A stretch of DNA of 63,629 bases, filler included, from Bigelowiella natans CCMP2755 (lineage: Eukaryota > Protista > Cercozoa), in assembly GCA_000320545.1 (NCBI GenBank). It is 7 parts of 7 records of this genome, joined end to end, with 100 filler letters (N's around TTAATTAATTAA, not from the genome) between each part and the next. Parts side by side here need not be neighbours in the genome. Positions count along the whole stretch, not along the records: positions 36,544 to 45,779 come from ADNK01000796.1; positions 45,880 to 53,660 come from ADNK01003332.1; 5 more parts are not named here. One strand, 5' to 3'. Made by a program: the position numbers and the translations under genes. The notes beneath the pieces are model-generated. The model was not told the DNA's origin, ran no database searches, and saw nothing but the letters and a program-made list of their open reading frames with translations. This document shows positions 38,391-51,436 of this stretch, in pieces; the stretch's first letter is position 1, and the number at the start of each line of letters is the position of its first letter.

Positions 38391-38934
38391 GGAATAATCT
38401 ACAAGCTTATGTGAGCAGGGCGGCGAAGGGAAGTCCGTGCAACCAGCTTCACGCGCCGTCGCGCATCCCTAGCCCGCCACTTGTTGAATGAGTTTGGCTC
38501 GTCCGGGGTGAGCGGGAAGGGAGGGAGGCAGGGAGTTGCCGCCGATGATTTTACGTATTGCGACTCGCGTACAGCACACACTGTTGTCGCTGCTGCAGGC
38601 GCTGCTGCTGCTAGTCCTGTACGGTGATCTGTTTTTTGAATAATTCAAATTCGGATGGCGGGCACGAGGAGGCATGAGGATGGGAAAATAAAACTTCGGG
38701 CTTGTTATTACGTCTTAGTTCGGTCGGAATCTGGACCCAATTTAGAGCGGCAAGGGCGTGTTCTTCCACAAAACGCCCAGGCTTTTTTGTTTTTTTTTCA
38801 GTCTCTTCTCCATTTCTTGTCGCAGATCGGAAATCCTGGTAAATCTTGGGAGATCTGAGAAATCCCAACAAATTTCCCGGAAATCTCGAGAGGTGGCTTG
38901 ATTTTATCTGTGCAGGAGGTTCGCCGAACAAGAA

Positions 38935-40200
38935 ATGGAGTCGAGCACGGTGGTCACAATGCAGCACGTCCTGGTTTCAACCCGGCTGGAGAGCTACAAA
39001 GATGACTTTCGAATAGCTGGATTCTCCCCCAAAGATGAAGCTATCAAATTCTTGGAGCTGGACGAGGCCGGTTTTACGACTCTCTGCAAGCAGCTTGGAA
39101 TGAAGAGGGGGCACGCCGCCAGGCTGAAGAAGTTCTGGAAGGAGGCAAGGGCGAGGCAGAGCTCCTTTTCGACCAAGGATCTTGCGCAGCTCGAACTCAT
39201 CGTGAATATAGGCAATTGCTCCGGATTCGGCTTCGAGGTGCTGGCCAAGACGAAAGCGGATGGGAAGCTTGTGCTGCTGAAACTTTTCCACAAAAACACT
39301 TTCGAGGAGAAGGTGGTGTATGGGGGCTTGATAAACCAGATGAAGATCCTACGAGAGAAACCGCATCCATTCTTACCGAGGCTCCTCTTCGGCGGGCACA
39401 CAAAGACCCACGTTTGGCAGGCCTTAGAACATGTTAATGGTGGAGAGCTGTTCAAGCTGCTCGGGCAAAAGAAAAGGTTGAGCCATGCCTATGCTCAGTT
39501 TCTCATCTCTGAAATGATCCTGACCGTTGAGCACATTCACTCTCACGGTTTCATCCACCGGGACCTGAAGCCGGAGAATTTCTTCTTCCGCTCGAACGGC
39601 CATCTGGTGCTCCACGAGTTGTCCCTCGCGAAGTTTATTGGCTTTGAAGGAGGCGCCGCCAACACGTTCTGCGGCACCCCAGAGTACATGCCCCCTGAGC
39701 TTATCAAGGGGTCTTCCAGTTTTGCCTCTGATTGGTGGGCAGTTGGGTGCATGCTCTACGAGTTCCTCATAGGTATTCCGCCTTTCTACGATAAGTCAGT
39801 AATGAAAATGTACCGTAATATTGAAAAGAATGAAGTCGATGGAAAAAGACTGGCCGTCATCGCAGGTAGAGACAAGCATTGCGCGGACTTCATATCTGCC
39901 CTATTAGTAAAAGATCCGGAGAAACGCCTGGGCTATAACGGGGCAGACGAAGTCAAAAAGCATGCCTTGTGGGCTGGCACGAAATGGGGCGAGCTGCTGG
40001 CCAACACGACCGTCCCAGAGTATATTCCCCCCGTTAAATCTGAAGCTGGTACGGAGCTTTTCGCTGAGGACATGCGCAATATGGAAATTCCTATTATAGA
40101 TCTAACGCCCGGCGATGCAACGAAGGCGAATTGGAGAGTGTTCAATGCATTTGACGATGAGAAGAAAACAAGCGGTAATGATGAGGAAAATCCTAGCTGA
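38935..40200 (+). CDS. Intronless SAM-domain + AGC-family Ser/Thr kinase-like protein (DFG replaced by ELS)
   Basis: SAM-like N-terminus (..LGMKRGHAARLKK), EHVNGGELF, HRDLKPEN, TFCGTPEYMPPE, DWWAVGCMLYEFLIGIPPF, DPEKRLG, AGC tail PEYIPPV. Confidence 0.93.
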   Translation: MESSTVVTMQHVLVSTRLESYKDDFRIAGFSPKDEAIKFLELDEAGFTTLCKQLGMKRGHAARLKKFWKEARARQSSFSTKDLAQLELIVNIGNCSGFGFEVLAKTKADGKLVLLKLFHKNTFEEKVVYGGLINQMKILREKPHPFLPRLLFGGHTKTHVWQALEHVNGGELFKLLGQKKRLSHAYAQFLISEMILTVEHIHSHGFIHRDLKPENFFFRSNGHLVLHELSLAKFIGFEGGAANTFCGTPEYMPPELIKGSSSFASDWWAVGCMLYEFLIGIPPFYDKSVMKMYRNIEKNEVDGKRLAVIAGRDKHCADFISALLVKDPEKRLGYNGADEVKKHALWAGTKWGELLANTTVPEYIPPVKSEAGTELFAEDMRNMEIPIIDLTPGDATKANWRVFNAFDDEKKTSGNDEENPS

Positions 40201-40397
40201 AGAGGGAAGATTTCGCATGATTTATGTAAAACGTAACCAGGCAATCTTCCTAGTGCACTCAAGGTTTAAGATCGGAGACATTTTTTTCAAATAATCATAA
40301 CATACTGGCATGAGTGCCATGATACATGTATTGATATAATGTAAATATTGTCCATGTATGAGACGAATGTAAAGAAGTGATTAGCATTTGTTCAATT

Positions 40398-40480
<83 letters not shown>

Positions 40481-41308
40481 CATCTGCATGTGCTTTTGGA
40501 ACATGGAGCTACACCTCACACAACTAGGCGAAACCCGGGAATTTCACGGTTTCGCATGTTCCCTGCAAGAACTGAAGCAATGCAGCGGCACTGCATGATT
40601 TGTGTGCAAAGCAAACACGTTTTGGCTTGGTTCGAGAAAAAAAAAATCAATTTTTAAATGTGCTGGAGGTCAATTGGTATATATTGGTGACAAAATTTGA
40701 GGCATGAATAAAAAGCGCAAAATTTCGAAGTCACTGAACTCAAAATTTCGCAGCTTTCTCATTTTCGTCATGCCTGATGCTCCCGGCTGTCCATCAGGAT
40801 GGTCAACAATGCGTGGTCAAGCGTGGCGTTTTCAGGCTCACTTTTTGATCGTGCGTGGCCGCACCATAGATCGCACCGAAATTGTCAGAATTTTCGGCCT
40901 TTTTTGGCTCTCCCACAATGCTTGCGCAATTCGCCTACTTGTTGTGCAAGTTTCCATGAATGTGCAGTCGCTGCACATGCTTGCTGCTGTTGTCATCATT
41001 GCTGCCACACAACCATCACTGACCATCAACTAAACACGCTGCATTGAGCACACTGCATGTGCACATATGCATACACACTGCACGTTCTAGCGTTGCATTA
41101 TTGTGAATGGCGCGACGTGGCAGTTTGCTGCTGCTCACACACATATACATACACAGCTCATTCATGGTTAGCAGTGGCGCATGGTGCATGAGAATGTCAA
41201 GTGCACAGAGGAGCGGCAGTGTCGCATTGCAATCATTGTTGTTGTGCATGTCTAGATGTGGATGTGCAATGATGTATGCTCCGCACACTGCTCTCGTTCA
41301 CTCTTGTG

Positions 41309-42823
41309 CTACTTCTTGATGTACAATGCTTCATAATCGTCCAGTGGTGGGAGCTTTAGGTCGTCAGGATTAGTCTCGAACGTGTCTTTGATGTTGTACT
41401 GAGGCTTTCCATGCTTGAAGCGTGGGTGCTCTTTCAGATACAGCTGCATGCGTGCTTCTGCGTCCGGCTCGAGCTTCTTTCCAAAGTGCTTGTAAATCCT
41501 TCGCACAGTGGCCATTGGCTGCGCGCATAAGCGGTCGAATTGCACGTCGCAGAATCGTTTTCCCAGGCCCATGCGCTCCAACGCCTTTCGGGTAGCCATC
41601 GCCTTCGCAATGGCGCTCGTCGTGTTGACGAACACGTTCTTGCAGATGTTCTTGGGGTCGATCTCGTCCGTGACGACGCCCATGAGCTTCGTGGAGATCG
41701 CGCTTAGTGACGCCAAAACGTCCTTTGGCGGCCTGTGAGTCCAGATGATCTCGGCATCAGGATATTCCATGATCAGCTCCCCCAACATGATAAGGTACTG
41801 CGGGGTTTTAAGCAGCCACTGCCTAGATCGTTGCGGATCATTTCCTTTTGTTTCGTCCTTCCTTTGTTCCTTCGCGCTCCCCCCCTCTTCCTCTTTTGCC
41901 TCGACTACAGTGCTGCTGCTGCTGCTGCTGCTATTGTCACCCCCAGCCTCCTTTTCTTTTTTTTCTTCTTCTTCCTTTTCTTCTCGGTGTTGGAGGTACT
42001 GCAGCAGCCTTCTGTGGTGTCGCATCGTGCTGGACATATCTTGGTCCTGCATCCACCGATCATAGGAGGGGCAGTTTAGCGTGATGTAAAGCGACTGGGC
42101 CATCACGTCCTGTTGGAATATCGTAACGCACTCCTCGGGCGTCGTCGCGGTGATCTTGTGGAAGGCACCGAAGTTGGGGCACAATTTCTCAAACTGCTGG
42201 AGGTCTCTGGCAATCTTATCTCTTCGCCCCTCCAAGCTTTCGTCTCCATCGCCCGCACCTCCAATCAGGGGCGCGGGGTACATTGTCTCGTGGTGGAGGG
42301 GGCTGCGAAAAAGGGACCTGTCCTGCGACAGAAGGCCGTGCAAGAACGTCGTCCCGGTGCGTGCCATGCCCATGATAACAAGGGGGGCGGAGACCTTCTG
42401 CCTTCTGATCTCCTTGTTCGTCTCATGCAAATAGTCAATGACGAAACGATTCGCCAAGCTCATTTTCAACGTGCCATGCGCGACCAAACGGCCTATCTGT
42501 GTCAGGTTCGCCTCCAAGGCCAAACTTCCGCACAGGAACTCCAGCCCCGGCATGTAGCTTTGCTTGTCTGCCCCCCCCGGCTCCTTCTTTAAGCCTGCCC
42601 TTTTGAGTGCAGCTGCAACGATATCTTTAGGTCGAAGGGACGGGAAGCTGAAGCCAAGGGCCTTCGCAGCCTTGCCAACGCAGTTGATGGCCTTGATTGT
42701 GAAGGGGCGGTGCGGCTGCAGCATCGTCACTTCAGGGAAGAGGATTTTGGGCTTGGTTTCATTGATTTCAATGTAGATCATAATGCACAGACCAAATAGA
42801 AACAGCGCCAACGGAATCCACAT
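41309..42823 (-). CDS. Intronless PAPS-dependent sulfotransferase (Sulfotransfer_3-like) with N-terminal membrane anchor
   Basis: PLVIMGMARTGTTFLHGLL (5'-PSB loop), PEEC, WLLKTPQYL, IIWTHRPPKDVLAS (3'-PB). ATG at 42823 begins hydrophobic MWIPLALFLFGLCIMIYI. Confidence 0.9.
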   Translation of the reverse strand: MWIPLALFLFGLCIMIYIEINETKPKILFPEVTMLQPHRPFTIKAINCVGKAAKALGFSFPSLRPKDIVAAALKRAGLKKEPGGADKQSYMPGLEFLCGSLALEANLTQIGRLVAHGTLKMSLANRFVIDYLHETNKEIRRQKVSAPLVIMGMARTGTTFLHGLLSQDRSLFRSPLHHETMYPAPLIGGAGDGDESLEGRRDKIARDLQQFEKLCPNFGAFHKITATTPEECVTIFQQDVMAQSLYITLNCPSYDRWMQDQDMSSTMRHHRRLLQYLQHREEKEEEEKKEKEAGGDNSSSSSSSTVVEAKEEEGGSAKEQRKDETKGNDPQRSRQWLLKTPQYLIMLGELIMEYPDAEIIWTHRPPKDVLASLSAISTKLMGVVTDEIDPKNICKNVFVNTTSAIAKAMATRKALERMGLGKRFCDVQFDRLCAQPMATVRRIYKHFGKKLEPDAEARMQLYLKEHPRFKHGKPQYNIKDTFETNPDDLKLPPLDDYEALYIKK

Positions 42824-43936
42824 CTCGCTGGGGAGGCCAAAAGCAGGCAGGGGGTGAGTGGGGTTAAGGGGCGGAGCGTCGGAAGAGGAGCACGCAGCAC
42901 GCTGGCACCGCCACTTTTGAGGCACGGAACCATCGTCGCAGAACAGAAATGATCTGCGATTCCCTCATGATTTCTCTAGGAAAGATATTGAACGGAGAAC
43001 ATCGAGGGAGCGAGATACGCCTGGTGGAAATTGGGGGGGAAATCACCAAATCAGAGCCGTCCTACGCAAATCCACTTTCCTACTATGAATGTTCTCCAGA
43101 CAAACCCATGATTTATGCATGAAAATTTAGATTCTTTCTTCTCCCTAAAAATTCAATTTGTGCGGTTTTTTTGTGGGAGATATTACCTACATGCACATGA
43201 GTGCATCTGAAAGTGTGAGTTTGACCGTTTCCCAATTGGGCATGTATGTCCATAGATTGTGGAGATTTTTTGCGCAGGAGGACATAGAAAATGTGCACTA
43301 AAAGCAGCGGTTTGGCACGCATGCAATTTGTTGCAAAGTTGTTGTGCGTAGGACCTCAGCTTCACTCACATTTTTAAGACTGAATGAGTTATGGTAAAGA
43401 AATACGGCGAAAAATCCTTGTCGTAAGATGTAAATATCATACACTTTGAGGAAGATGCTTCCGGGCGAAACTGCTTGGAAACGGCCTCGTGTGACTCGCG
43501 TTTCTTCTGGATTGATTTACCGGTACGTCCTTGTCTTCTGCAGCAACACAGCGCCCCCGCGCCTCTCCGCCTTTGACGTTGGACCTAGCTTTGTAGAAAG
43601 AGAACAGCTCCTCTCCAACTCCTTCAGAGAACCAGCAGATGAGTGTATCTTTGACTAATATGCCCCTCACACGATCCCGCCGCCCAAACCCCCATTCACG
43701 TGCCCGTCCTAGCTAGTGTTCTTCCTTGTGGTCGTTTGGGGGTGTGCGGTTGATCGTTGTTCTTTTCTTGGAATCTCCGTCCTATCATGCCCAGATTTCT
43801 GCCGTGTCGCCCTGACTCCCTCGAGGATTTTCGACTCCATCGAAGCTGCGGAAAACAGAACTTGGGCTGTTTGTCGTCAAATTTCGAGAATCGGAAAAGG
43901 TGCCTTCCTCCTTTACAAAGGCGGATATAGCCGCCC

Positions 43937-44077
43937 ATGGACGAAAGAAGGGATACAATCCCTGACCAGAAAGTAGATACAACTCTGGAGACGCCTCAGG
44001 TAATAGTTCCTTAGACCCTACCCCCTTCGGGAAAAAATATCCGGCGTCGAGGGGAGGGTGGAGGGTAGGAAGAAGAG

Positions 44078-44109
<32 letters not shown>

Positions 44110-44559
44110 AAGAGAGGGGCGGGGGAGGGCAGTGATGATGAGGAATACTGTCGGCCTAATACTCTCTCCCAACAACTAGGGGAGATCGCCCTTTATGAGT
44201 GCAATAAGCGGGGATGCCCAAAACACGCAGCAGAAGAGTCCGATTTACCGCGAAGATAACGATTCCTTAATGCTTGGTCGTGTGATTTCGCGGACAAGGT
44301 TTGCAACCTGTGTCGGTTTTTCCATAGGGAGGGTAAGGAGGGGGGGGAATTCCTTCGAGGAGAAGAACAATAATAACCAAATAAGGGTGTTGGTGTATGC
44401 AAGATTAGCACTGGGAGATATATTGTGAAACACGTCCGGAAAGGGCAGCTCCCATATTCTCTCGTACCTTTCCTGATCCCCCACACTCCTCCATCATCGT
44501 CAGAGGATGATGGCCAACACCGAGAGTGTTGCAGTTTGCTAACACTCTCACACACACGC

Positions 44560-44604
<45 letters not shown>

Positions 44605-45164
44605 CACTATATATATGCTAACACATATATTGATCTCAAATCCAGGAAAAGGGAGGTATCCCCTGTTGCTCTAGAGCTGAAGCAGATGGGTCTTCGGGTA
44701 GTACAATCATTGTTGAGCCAAATGATGTTGTGGCGGTGGGAGGAGGAGGTGGAGGAGGAGGGGGGGGCGGGGCTTCGAAGTGTATTGTATTCCAATACCT
44801 CCAATCATGCTGGATGAGCATGCTGCCGTAGCACGCATTGATGGCTGTCGTTCTCCCCTCCAGGTCAGCGCCGCAAGTCGGTCTGCTTTCGAATCTCGAA
44901 TGGACCCACGCCGCATGGCAAGAAAAGGTGATTTTGATGATGAAGAGGGGGGGGGGGACGCCTGAGAGTCCGGCTACAACGTTTGTTGGAGACTATCATT
45001 TCGTAGAAGATGGAGTGATATATGTGTGGGTAATCAGGATCGCACCTTTGGGACGAACAACTGGCCATTGGCGCTGCAATCACTGTAATTCAAACCGATT
45101 CTACTCTTCTACCAGTAGGGGGAGGATGTTTTGGTCCAATCACCAAACTCCCCCCCCCCCCCCC

Positions 45165-45206
<42 letters not shown>

Positions 45207-45391
45207 ATGCTCTTAGAGCGAGTTGCATGTTTCTCCTCTCCACACAGGTCAATAACCGGAATTACCGACGGGCAGTTCCGTGGTACATAATCCTTCCCGG
45301 CTCGGGGTTTCGCGTACTGTGGGACGCGGTCATCGTGCTCCTCATGGTATATTTTTTCTGCCCCCACAAGACTACTACCACTGCTCCAGCA

Positions 45392-45429
<38 letters not shown>

Positions 45430-45779
45430 TGGGGGGGGGTACATATAAATGTATTTATAAATTATATCGGCATTTGGATCATTGATTCGATATTTTCAAT
45501 TAAAATCCCTTGAACCTAGTTTATCGACGTTTTCCAGGGGGTATTTTCCCCTCCCCCGCCCCCCCCCACCCCCCCCCCCTCTCTAATTCCAATTCTCACC
45601 CCGTCCCTTTGCTCCCCCCCCCTCCCCTTTATCCGCGTGTGCTCTCGGCAGCTGTACACCGTCATATATCTACCCTTCAAAATCGGGTTCGGAACGAAGA
45701 GAAGCTGGGACTCAGTGGATCTTGCCGTGGATTTGCTCTTCCTCGTAAAATGCAGCGCACCGCCCACCACCCGTCGCAT
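43937..45779 (+). CDS. Cyclic-nucleotide-regulated / EAG-type cation channel, N-terminal part (rest in gap)
   Basis: WYIILPGSGFRVLWDAVIVLLM|LYTVIYLPFKIGF..WDSVDLAVDLLFL = S1-S2 signature of KCNH/CNG/AKT-type channels. Confidence 0.72.
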
Positions 45780-45879
45780 NNNNNNNNNNNNNNNNNNNNN
45801 NNNNNNNNNNNNNNNNNNNNNNNTTAATTAATTAANNNNNNNNNNNNNNNNNNNNNNNNNNNNNNNNNNNNNNNNNNNN

Positions 45880-46071
45880 GTGTGTGTGAATATATGAACA
45901 CAAATAAATGAGTTCTTATTTGAATTTTAGCTAATTCTTTATTTAAGGAACAGTACAGATGATTGTTTATTGTCCTTGAGAGACTTGCGACCAATTTATC
46001 TTAATTAGGAGGAACCCTTTATAATCATCGCGATAGACGATATAGTTTCAGGGCACTCAAGGTGAGACAGA

Positions 46072-46124
<53 letters not shown>

Positions 46125-46379
46125 TCTTTCACTCTCTATCGCATCCAAATCCTTCAAGAGACCATCTTACTACTACCACTCAACAACACCCAACAGTATT
46201 GCCACTAATCTCCACAAAATAACAATTTTCACTGAAATTTTGTCACAGGTGCATAAGCTTGTTCATAACAAATTTAACCTTAATTTAAAACATAATCAGA
46301 TGTGTATATAATTACAAATCTTCCCCTTTTCTTTTATCCTTCCCTCCCTCTTTCTGTGTATCTACTATGTCGTGTTAAG

Positions 46380-46414
<35 letters not shown>

Positions 46415-46715
46415 AAATGACCAATGCATCTTTTATCTCCTTCATCCCCGAATTATTACTTCAGAGAGAAATTAATGAACATGAGCGATTCTTCAAAATC
46501 AGGAAACTCACAGATAGACTTGTAAAATTACTTTTAATTATATGGAAAGAATAATTTTCTATCAAGTTAATTGAAATACCCTTTGACATATATAAATATA
46601 AATATACATTATATATATATATATATATATATATAATTATTTATGCAAATATTTATAAGTAAATAAATTCTGATTGTTGAGAAATGTTTATTAATTATGT
46701 TTCCATATATATAAA

Positions 46716-46757
<42 letters not shown>

Positions 46758-48819
46758 GTATTTACTTAGTGTTTGTGTGTGTGTGTCTTTGCCTAAGATT
46801 GAAAGAAGAGCGCGAAATTTGGGGGCGGCTAGAATGGGTAATTAATTAGTAATATTATCGAGGATAAAGAGAATTCCTAAATGTAACCTAAATTTTGAGA
46901 TTGTAACATACATTTACGTAGCAAAAGAAAAAAAAGTAGTTCTTATCAATTTTATTAAAGGGTGAGATAAAGTTTTGAAATTCATTTCGTATTTAAGAAT
47001 GATAACCGTCATCATTTTACATATCACCTAATCAGATAACATTTTTACATTAATATTCTTTACTATATTATATTATACAGGAGCGTCGTGAAGCATTAAA
47101 GTGTAGTAATGAAAGGAATGAGAATGTAAGATCCACTTTGTGATGAATGAAGTAGTCACATTTCTTTAAAACAATGTGTGTTTATTGCAAAAGCAATTTT
47201 CTAACACACAAAGCAATTTCTATACACAAATGAAGTAAAAGTATTAATCCGTCATTCAGTTTTTGTGTGCGGGGGGGCGGGGGGGGGGGGGAGATGGGGT
47301 GTGGTTATAGCAAAGAAAATAATTATCTTCAAACATATTTGATATAATATTTTTTTAATAATCTTCTCCATCCAATGATGATCATCATATAAACTCATGG
47401 GATGGTAAACTCTATAAGTTTAGAATTCTTGAAATCGACTTTTTAAAATCGTTATAATGGTATAAACATAAATAAATCATTTCTTGATTTTTCCTTTGGG
47501 TAAATGGGTAGTTAAATATAAAAAAAGCAAGAACAAAATGACAAATATTTTCCCATTTATTCCTCTTTTACGTTTTAATTCTGAAAGGATATGGTGAATA
47601 AGAAAGGGTATATGGTTACTGGTATCGACCTTCCTGAGACGCATCCATCGAACAGCAAAAATGGAAAACAAGGGACCGAATGCAACGAGAGCAATGATGA
47701 TAATACATACTATTCATCTACGATTTCATACTCATCCGAGACAGTAGGGGAAGATAAAGGCAAAGGGAATGGAGTAGCTGCTTACGAAGCTATATTAGAA
47801 GAACACAGAAAGAACCAAATCGGGGTGGTTCCTAATTTCTTAGAATTTTTTAGTTTGTTACAAGACTTTAATTTAAATTGGTGTTATAACATAATTATCA
47901 TCTTCATATTATCAGAATAAGTTTGAAAATGTACCAATCCCCATAGCTCTCAAGGCGGTATGAGTCTTCAAAAATATACATATATGCTTCAGTTTAATAA
48001 CTTATTTCTGTAGGAATTCGAAAAGGATTCAATGTATAAAAACATGGAACAGATCAGGTTTCACTATCTATGCTATGAATTCTTTTCTTTATCTTTATTA
48101 TTTTGGAAATTTATTCTCAATCAAACATCCAGGAAACTAGCTGGTTTCAAGCCGGGTTTGAAGCGAATCTCGAACGTGTCTATCATTGATCCAAAAATAT
48201 CGTATGAATACTACAAAGATACCTCACGTGAGTTATTGTACATTTTTTTTGAAATAGATTATCTCACAACGTTGCAGCTGATTCTAATAATTTCGAGTTA
48301 TTGTCTCAGGAGAGTAAATACATATGTACCTATTCATGTTAAAGAGCTGACACGTGTGCACGTAGTCGTTCATTTAGGAAGCTAGGGGAGAAAGAGAGAG
48401 TAAAAGTGAGAGACGGAGGTGATGCAATTACTTTAAAACATGATATTAATATGTTTTTAAAGGAGAAGAGGCTCAAAAATCTTTCCGAGAAATGGTATAT
48501 TCATTATTTTAATTAATTTACTTGAGTTTCAAGAGTCCAAATTAAGTTGATCCACTTTTTTAATTCACAGTTCGGAATACAAGATAGCAACTATACTCTT
48601 GAGGGAAGATCTAAAGGATCTGATTGCACACTAAACAACGGGAACAGTTTTGCACCTGCTCAGCCCAGTATAGATGATGATGATGATAATGACGATCTGT
48701 CTTCAAAGAGCATGATGGAAGAAAAAGTACCAGCTGATAACTTCGCCACCACGTACTTGGATGTGAATAATAAAGCTTCTGAGAAACATCAAACTTTTGC
48801 TGAACCACTTCGTATCTGA
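45880..48819 (+). CDS. Hypothetical protein, many short exons in AT-rich introns, 5' end in gap
   Basis: AG/GT-bounded exons LKEEREIWGRLEW, YEAILEEHRKNQIG, ENVPIPIALKA, KLAGFKPGLKRISNVSII, terminal exon ending EPLRI*. Confidence 0.45.
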
Positions 48820-49492
48820 CGTATTTGGACTCTTTTAAGGATTCTATTCCCCCCGCAGTAAAATTCCTTGTTTATTGTACAACCAGACCTTTCGCTACAC
48901 ATCCAGCAGCATTACTATTAAAATTTCTCGTGAATTAATGAATTATTCGTAATAAATACAATTACAACCCTAACTACATTGAATTTCCAACTAGTTTCTG
49001 CAATTTAGACTTCAATTAGCTGCGTAAGCGAGGCAAATTTGCGACAATTTTTAAAATGTTCCTAAATGTAGCTGTGTGGCACAGCAGCGCATGCTCTAGT
49101 GCTGCGCATTTTCAAGTGCGTTCGACGTTTCTTGCATGGCCCTTGCCAACACGCCGTACACAAGTCTTGTCAATTTCTGATTCGAAGCGATGACTGTGCA
49201 TTGCCATGCGACATTGCAACACGAACGTGCATGCGTGCATCTTGATTTTCTCGCATTTCTTGAGTCTTTCTGCATTGAATCGATCAATACGCACGTACGT
49301 GCTCACACACGCCACACTGCATGTTCACAATTGTGCGTGCACGCGCGCAAAACATTGACGCCTGCATACAGCCACATGCTGCCAGTAGCATGCATGGCTG
49401 ATCGACGTGGTGAAATGCAGCTAAATTATACAGCAATTTGTGGAATGAAACACTTGATACATCCTCATTCCATAGTATTAGTAGATTGCCAT

Positions 49493-50765
49493 TTACGAAG
49501 GAATACTTAATTTCGAACATATCATTTCAAAATCTAAATGGGGATTATTATAATTGCACCGTCTATGCTCAGCACTGGGAGAGATTTCAATGAAAGATTC
49601 TCTACATCTTTTCTTCTTTCTTTTGTTTGTTCTCCGGGATTTCTCCTCAAACTCAGGTAAGATTTTCCTCTCTGATGCCTCAAATTTGATTGGAGGCTTA
49701 ACTACACCAAAAGGGAAACGGCACGGATTGTACCCGCCAACAACCATTTCTTTCGAGAAGGAGGATATGCCAGGACTAATTTGAGATATTATTTTGCGAG
49801 ATTTGGGCATTCTCTCTTCGTGTCGTTGCGGAATCACGTCAACATCCTGGGAGTCTTCTCGATGACGGCGTCGTTTTGTTGAATGCTCTATTCTTTTGCC
49901 TAGATTTTTGGGATGTATTCGTTTATTCATGCAACGAGAGGTATGTACATCCTCCGTGAAGAAAGTTGGTTTCCAACTCTGCCCAAAGAAGAACCCCCCT
50001 TTCATGGTTGTTTTCACCGTTTTATGGAATGTGCTGTTGTCTGTATTCATCATTTTGGCACAATGTGAATTTATGGCGGTCTCCAACTCCGGGGAAAGAA
50101 ATAACCCCGCAAAACCTCGAATTACTTTGTCAACCGTGAAGGTGGGTTTCCAGCCATGTTTCATGAGGATTTTAAGCCCAACTTTACCAGTTTGCAAGCA
50201 AATATTTGGATGAAAAATTGGGAATGTGCTATACACTTCTGGGGCGCTGAAAGGGTAATCTTCCGGCACAGCCACATTGAAAACGAAGTGGCCATCTTTA
50301 TAAGGCCCTTTCGAAGGATATACCATTACTTTGAATTTCAGTTTCGATCCAGACCCGAACTCAATCCTAACCAAGTAGTAGAAATAGTAATAAAATATCG
50401 AGGGATAAATTTATGGATCATAATTCAGAATTTCATAAATTTGTCGTAAATACCTAGTTGCCACTTCACTCAACTTGCTGCGATTCTCCATCAATTCCTC
50501 GATGTCTGCAACCGAAGAGATTGATTAGAGGTTTTTGCTCAAATTTTGGGTCGATTAAATAACCTTTTTGAAGCCTTAATTCTGCTCCCGATATGTGCTT
50601 CTCAGTCTTTCTTTCACGCTGCACCTCCCTCAATTTCCTTCAAAACATTTCATGGGTCAAAGTAATGTTGGTATTGTGCTGGATGAGCATACCGTAAGAG
50701 GGACATTGGGATTAATCCTCTTGCTGGAAAGTCGTGGAAACTCACGGAAAGTGTCGAGTGAACAT
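49493..50765 (-). CDS. UBC12: UBC12/UBE2M-like E2 fold protein lacking the canonical active-site Cys, with basic C-terminal extension
   Basis: SGAELRLQK|DIEEL, GPYKDGHFVF..YPFSAPEV, IFHPNICLQTGKVGLKIL..WKP, TMKGG. First exon tentative. Confidence 0.8.
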
Positions 50766-51436
50766 ATGGTAGTAGTAGCAGCAGTGGTAGCGTCTTTGAT
50801 CGTGTGTTCTTCTTATTAAATAGGATGAGGGAGGAGGAGAAATGGGAGACAACCCTTCCCTTTCGCTATCATGGATTGATTCGTGAGTCTGAAAGAAATA
50901 CAGGATAATTTGAACTAACGGTAACTAATATTAGTCGTCGTTACGAAAATATTAGCGGCTTTCTAAGAACCGTTGAGGCTCCGAGAGTCTGATGAATTGA
51001 AACGAATTGTCTGCATTGTCTGCACCTCCAGTTATTCACTGGAGAGTTCCCCTAAAGCGTTGTTGATGAAATATTATTCATGTCGTATAATAATAACGTC
51101 CTGCATTTATTGTAGACCTTAGCTTTCGAAAGGTGACCAAAAAAATGTTGTGTCGCAGTGCTGTTCAACCACAACAAAAAGCGCAGGCGTGAACAACAGA
51201 ACATAGACTGAATTTTATCGATAGTATTACTACTATTAGTATCACAACATGTGCACTATTTAACAACAATAACAACAGTAATATACCATTAATTTTAGTA
51301 CTACCGAAATTAGATCTAGCATAGCGTGCTGATATCAGCAGCCCACCCCCACCTTCATCAGCAACAGAGGATTCTTTTTTAGGATCTACCTTGCTTACCT
51401 GACCTCCTCGTGCAGAAAGAAGAAGGAAAATAACAC

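Noticed and set aside
50630-50650. In-frame TGA near the UBC12-like start suggesting recoding
   Set aside because: TGA lies in a plausible intron end (TTTTGAAG|G), with an upstream exon ATG..TTCC|GTGAGT at 50765 restoring the frame.
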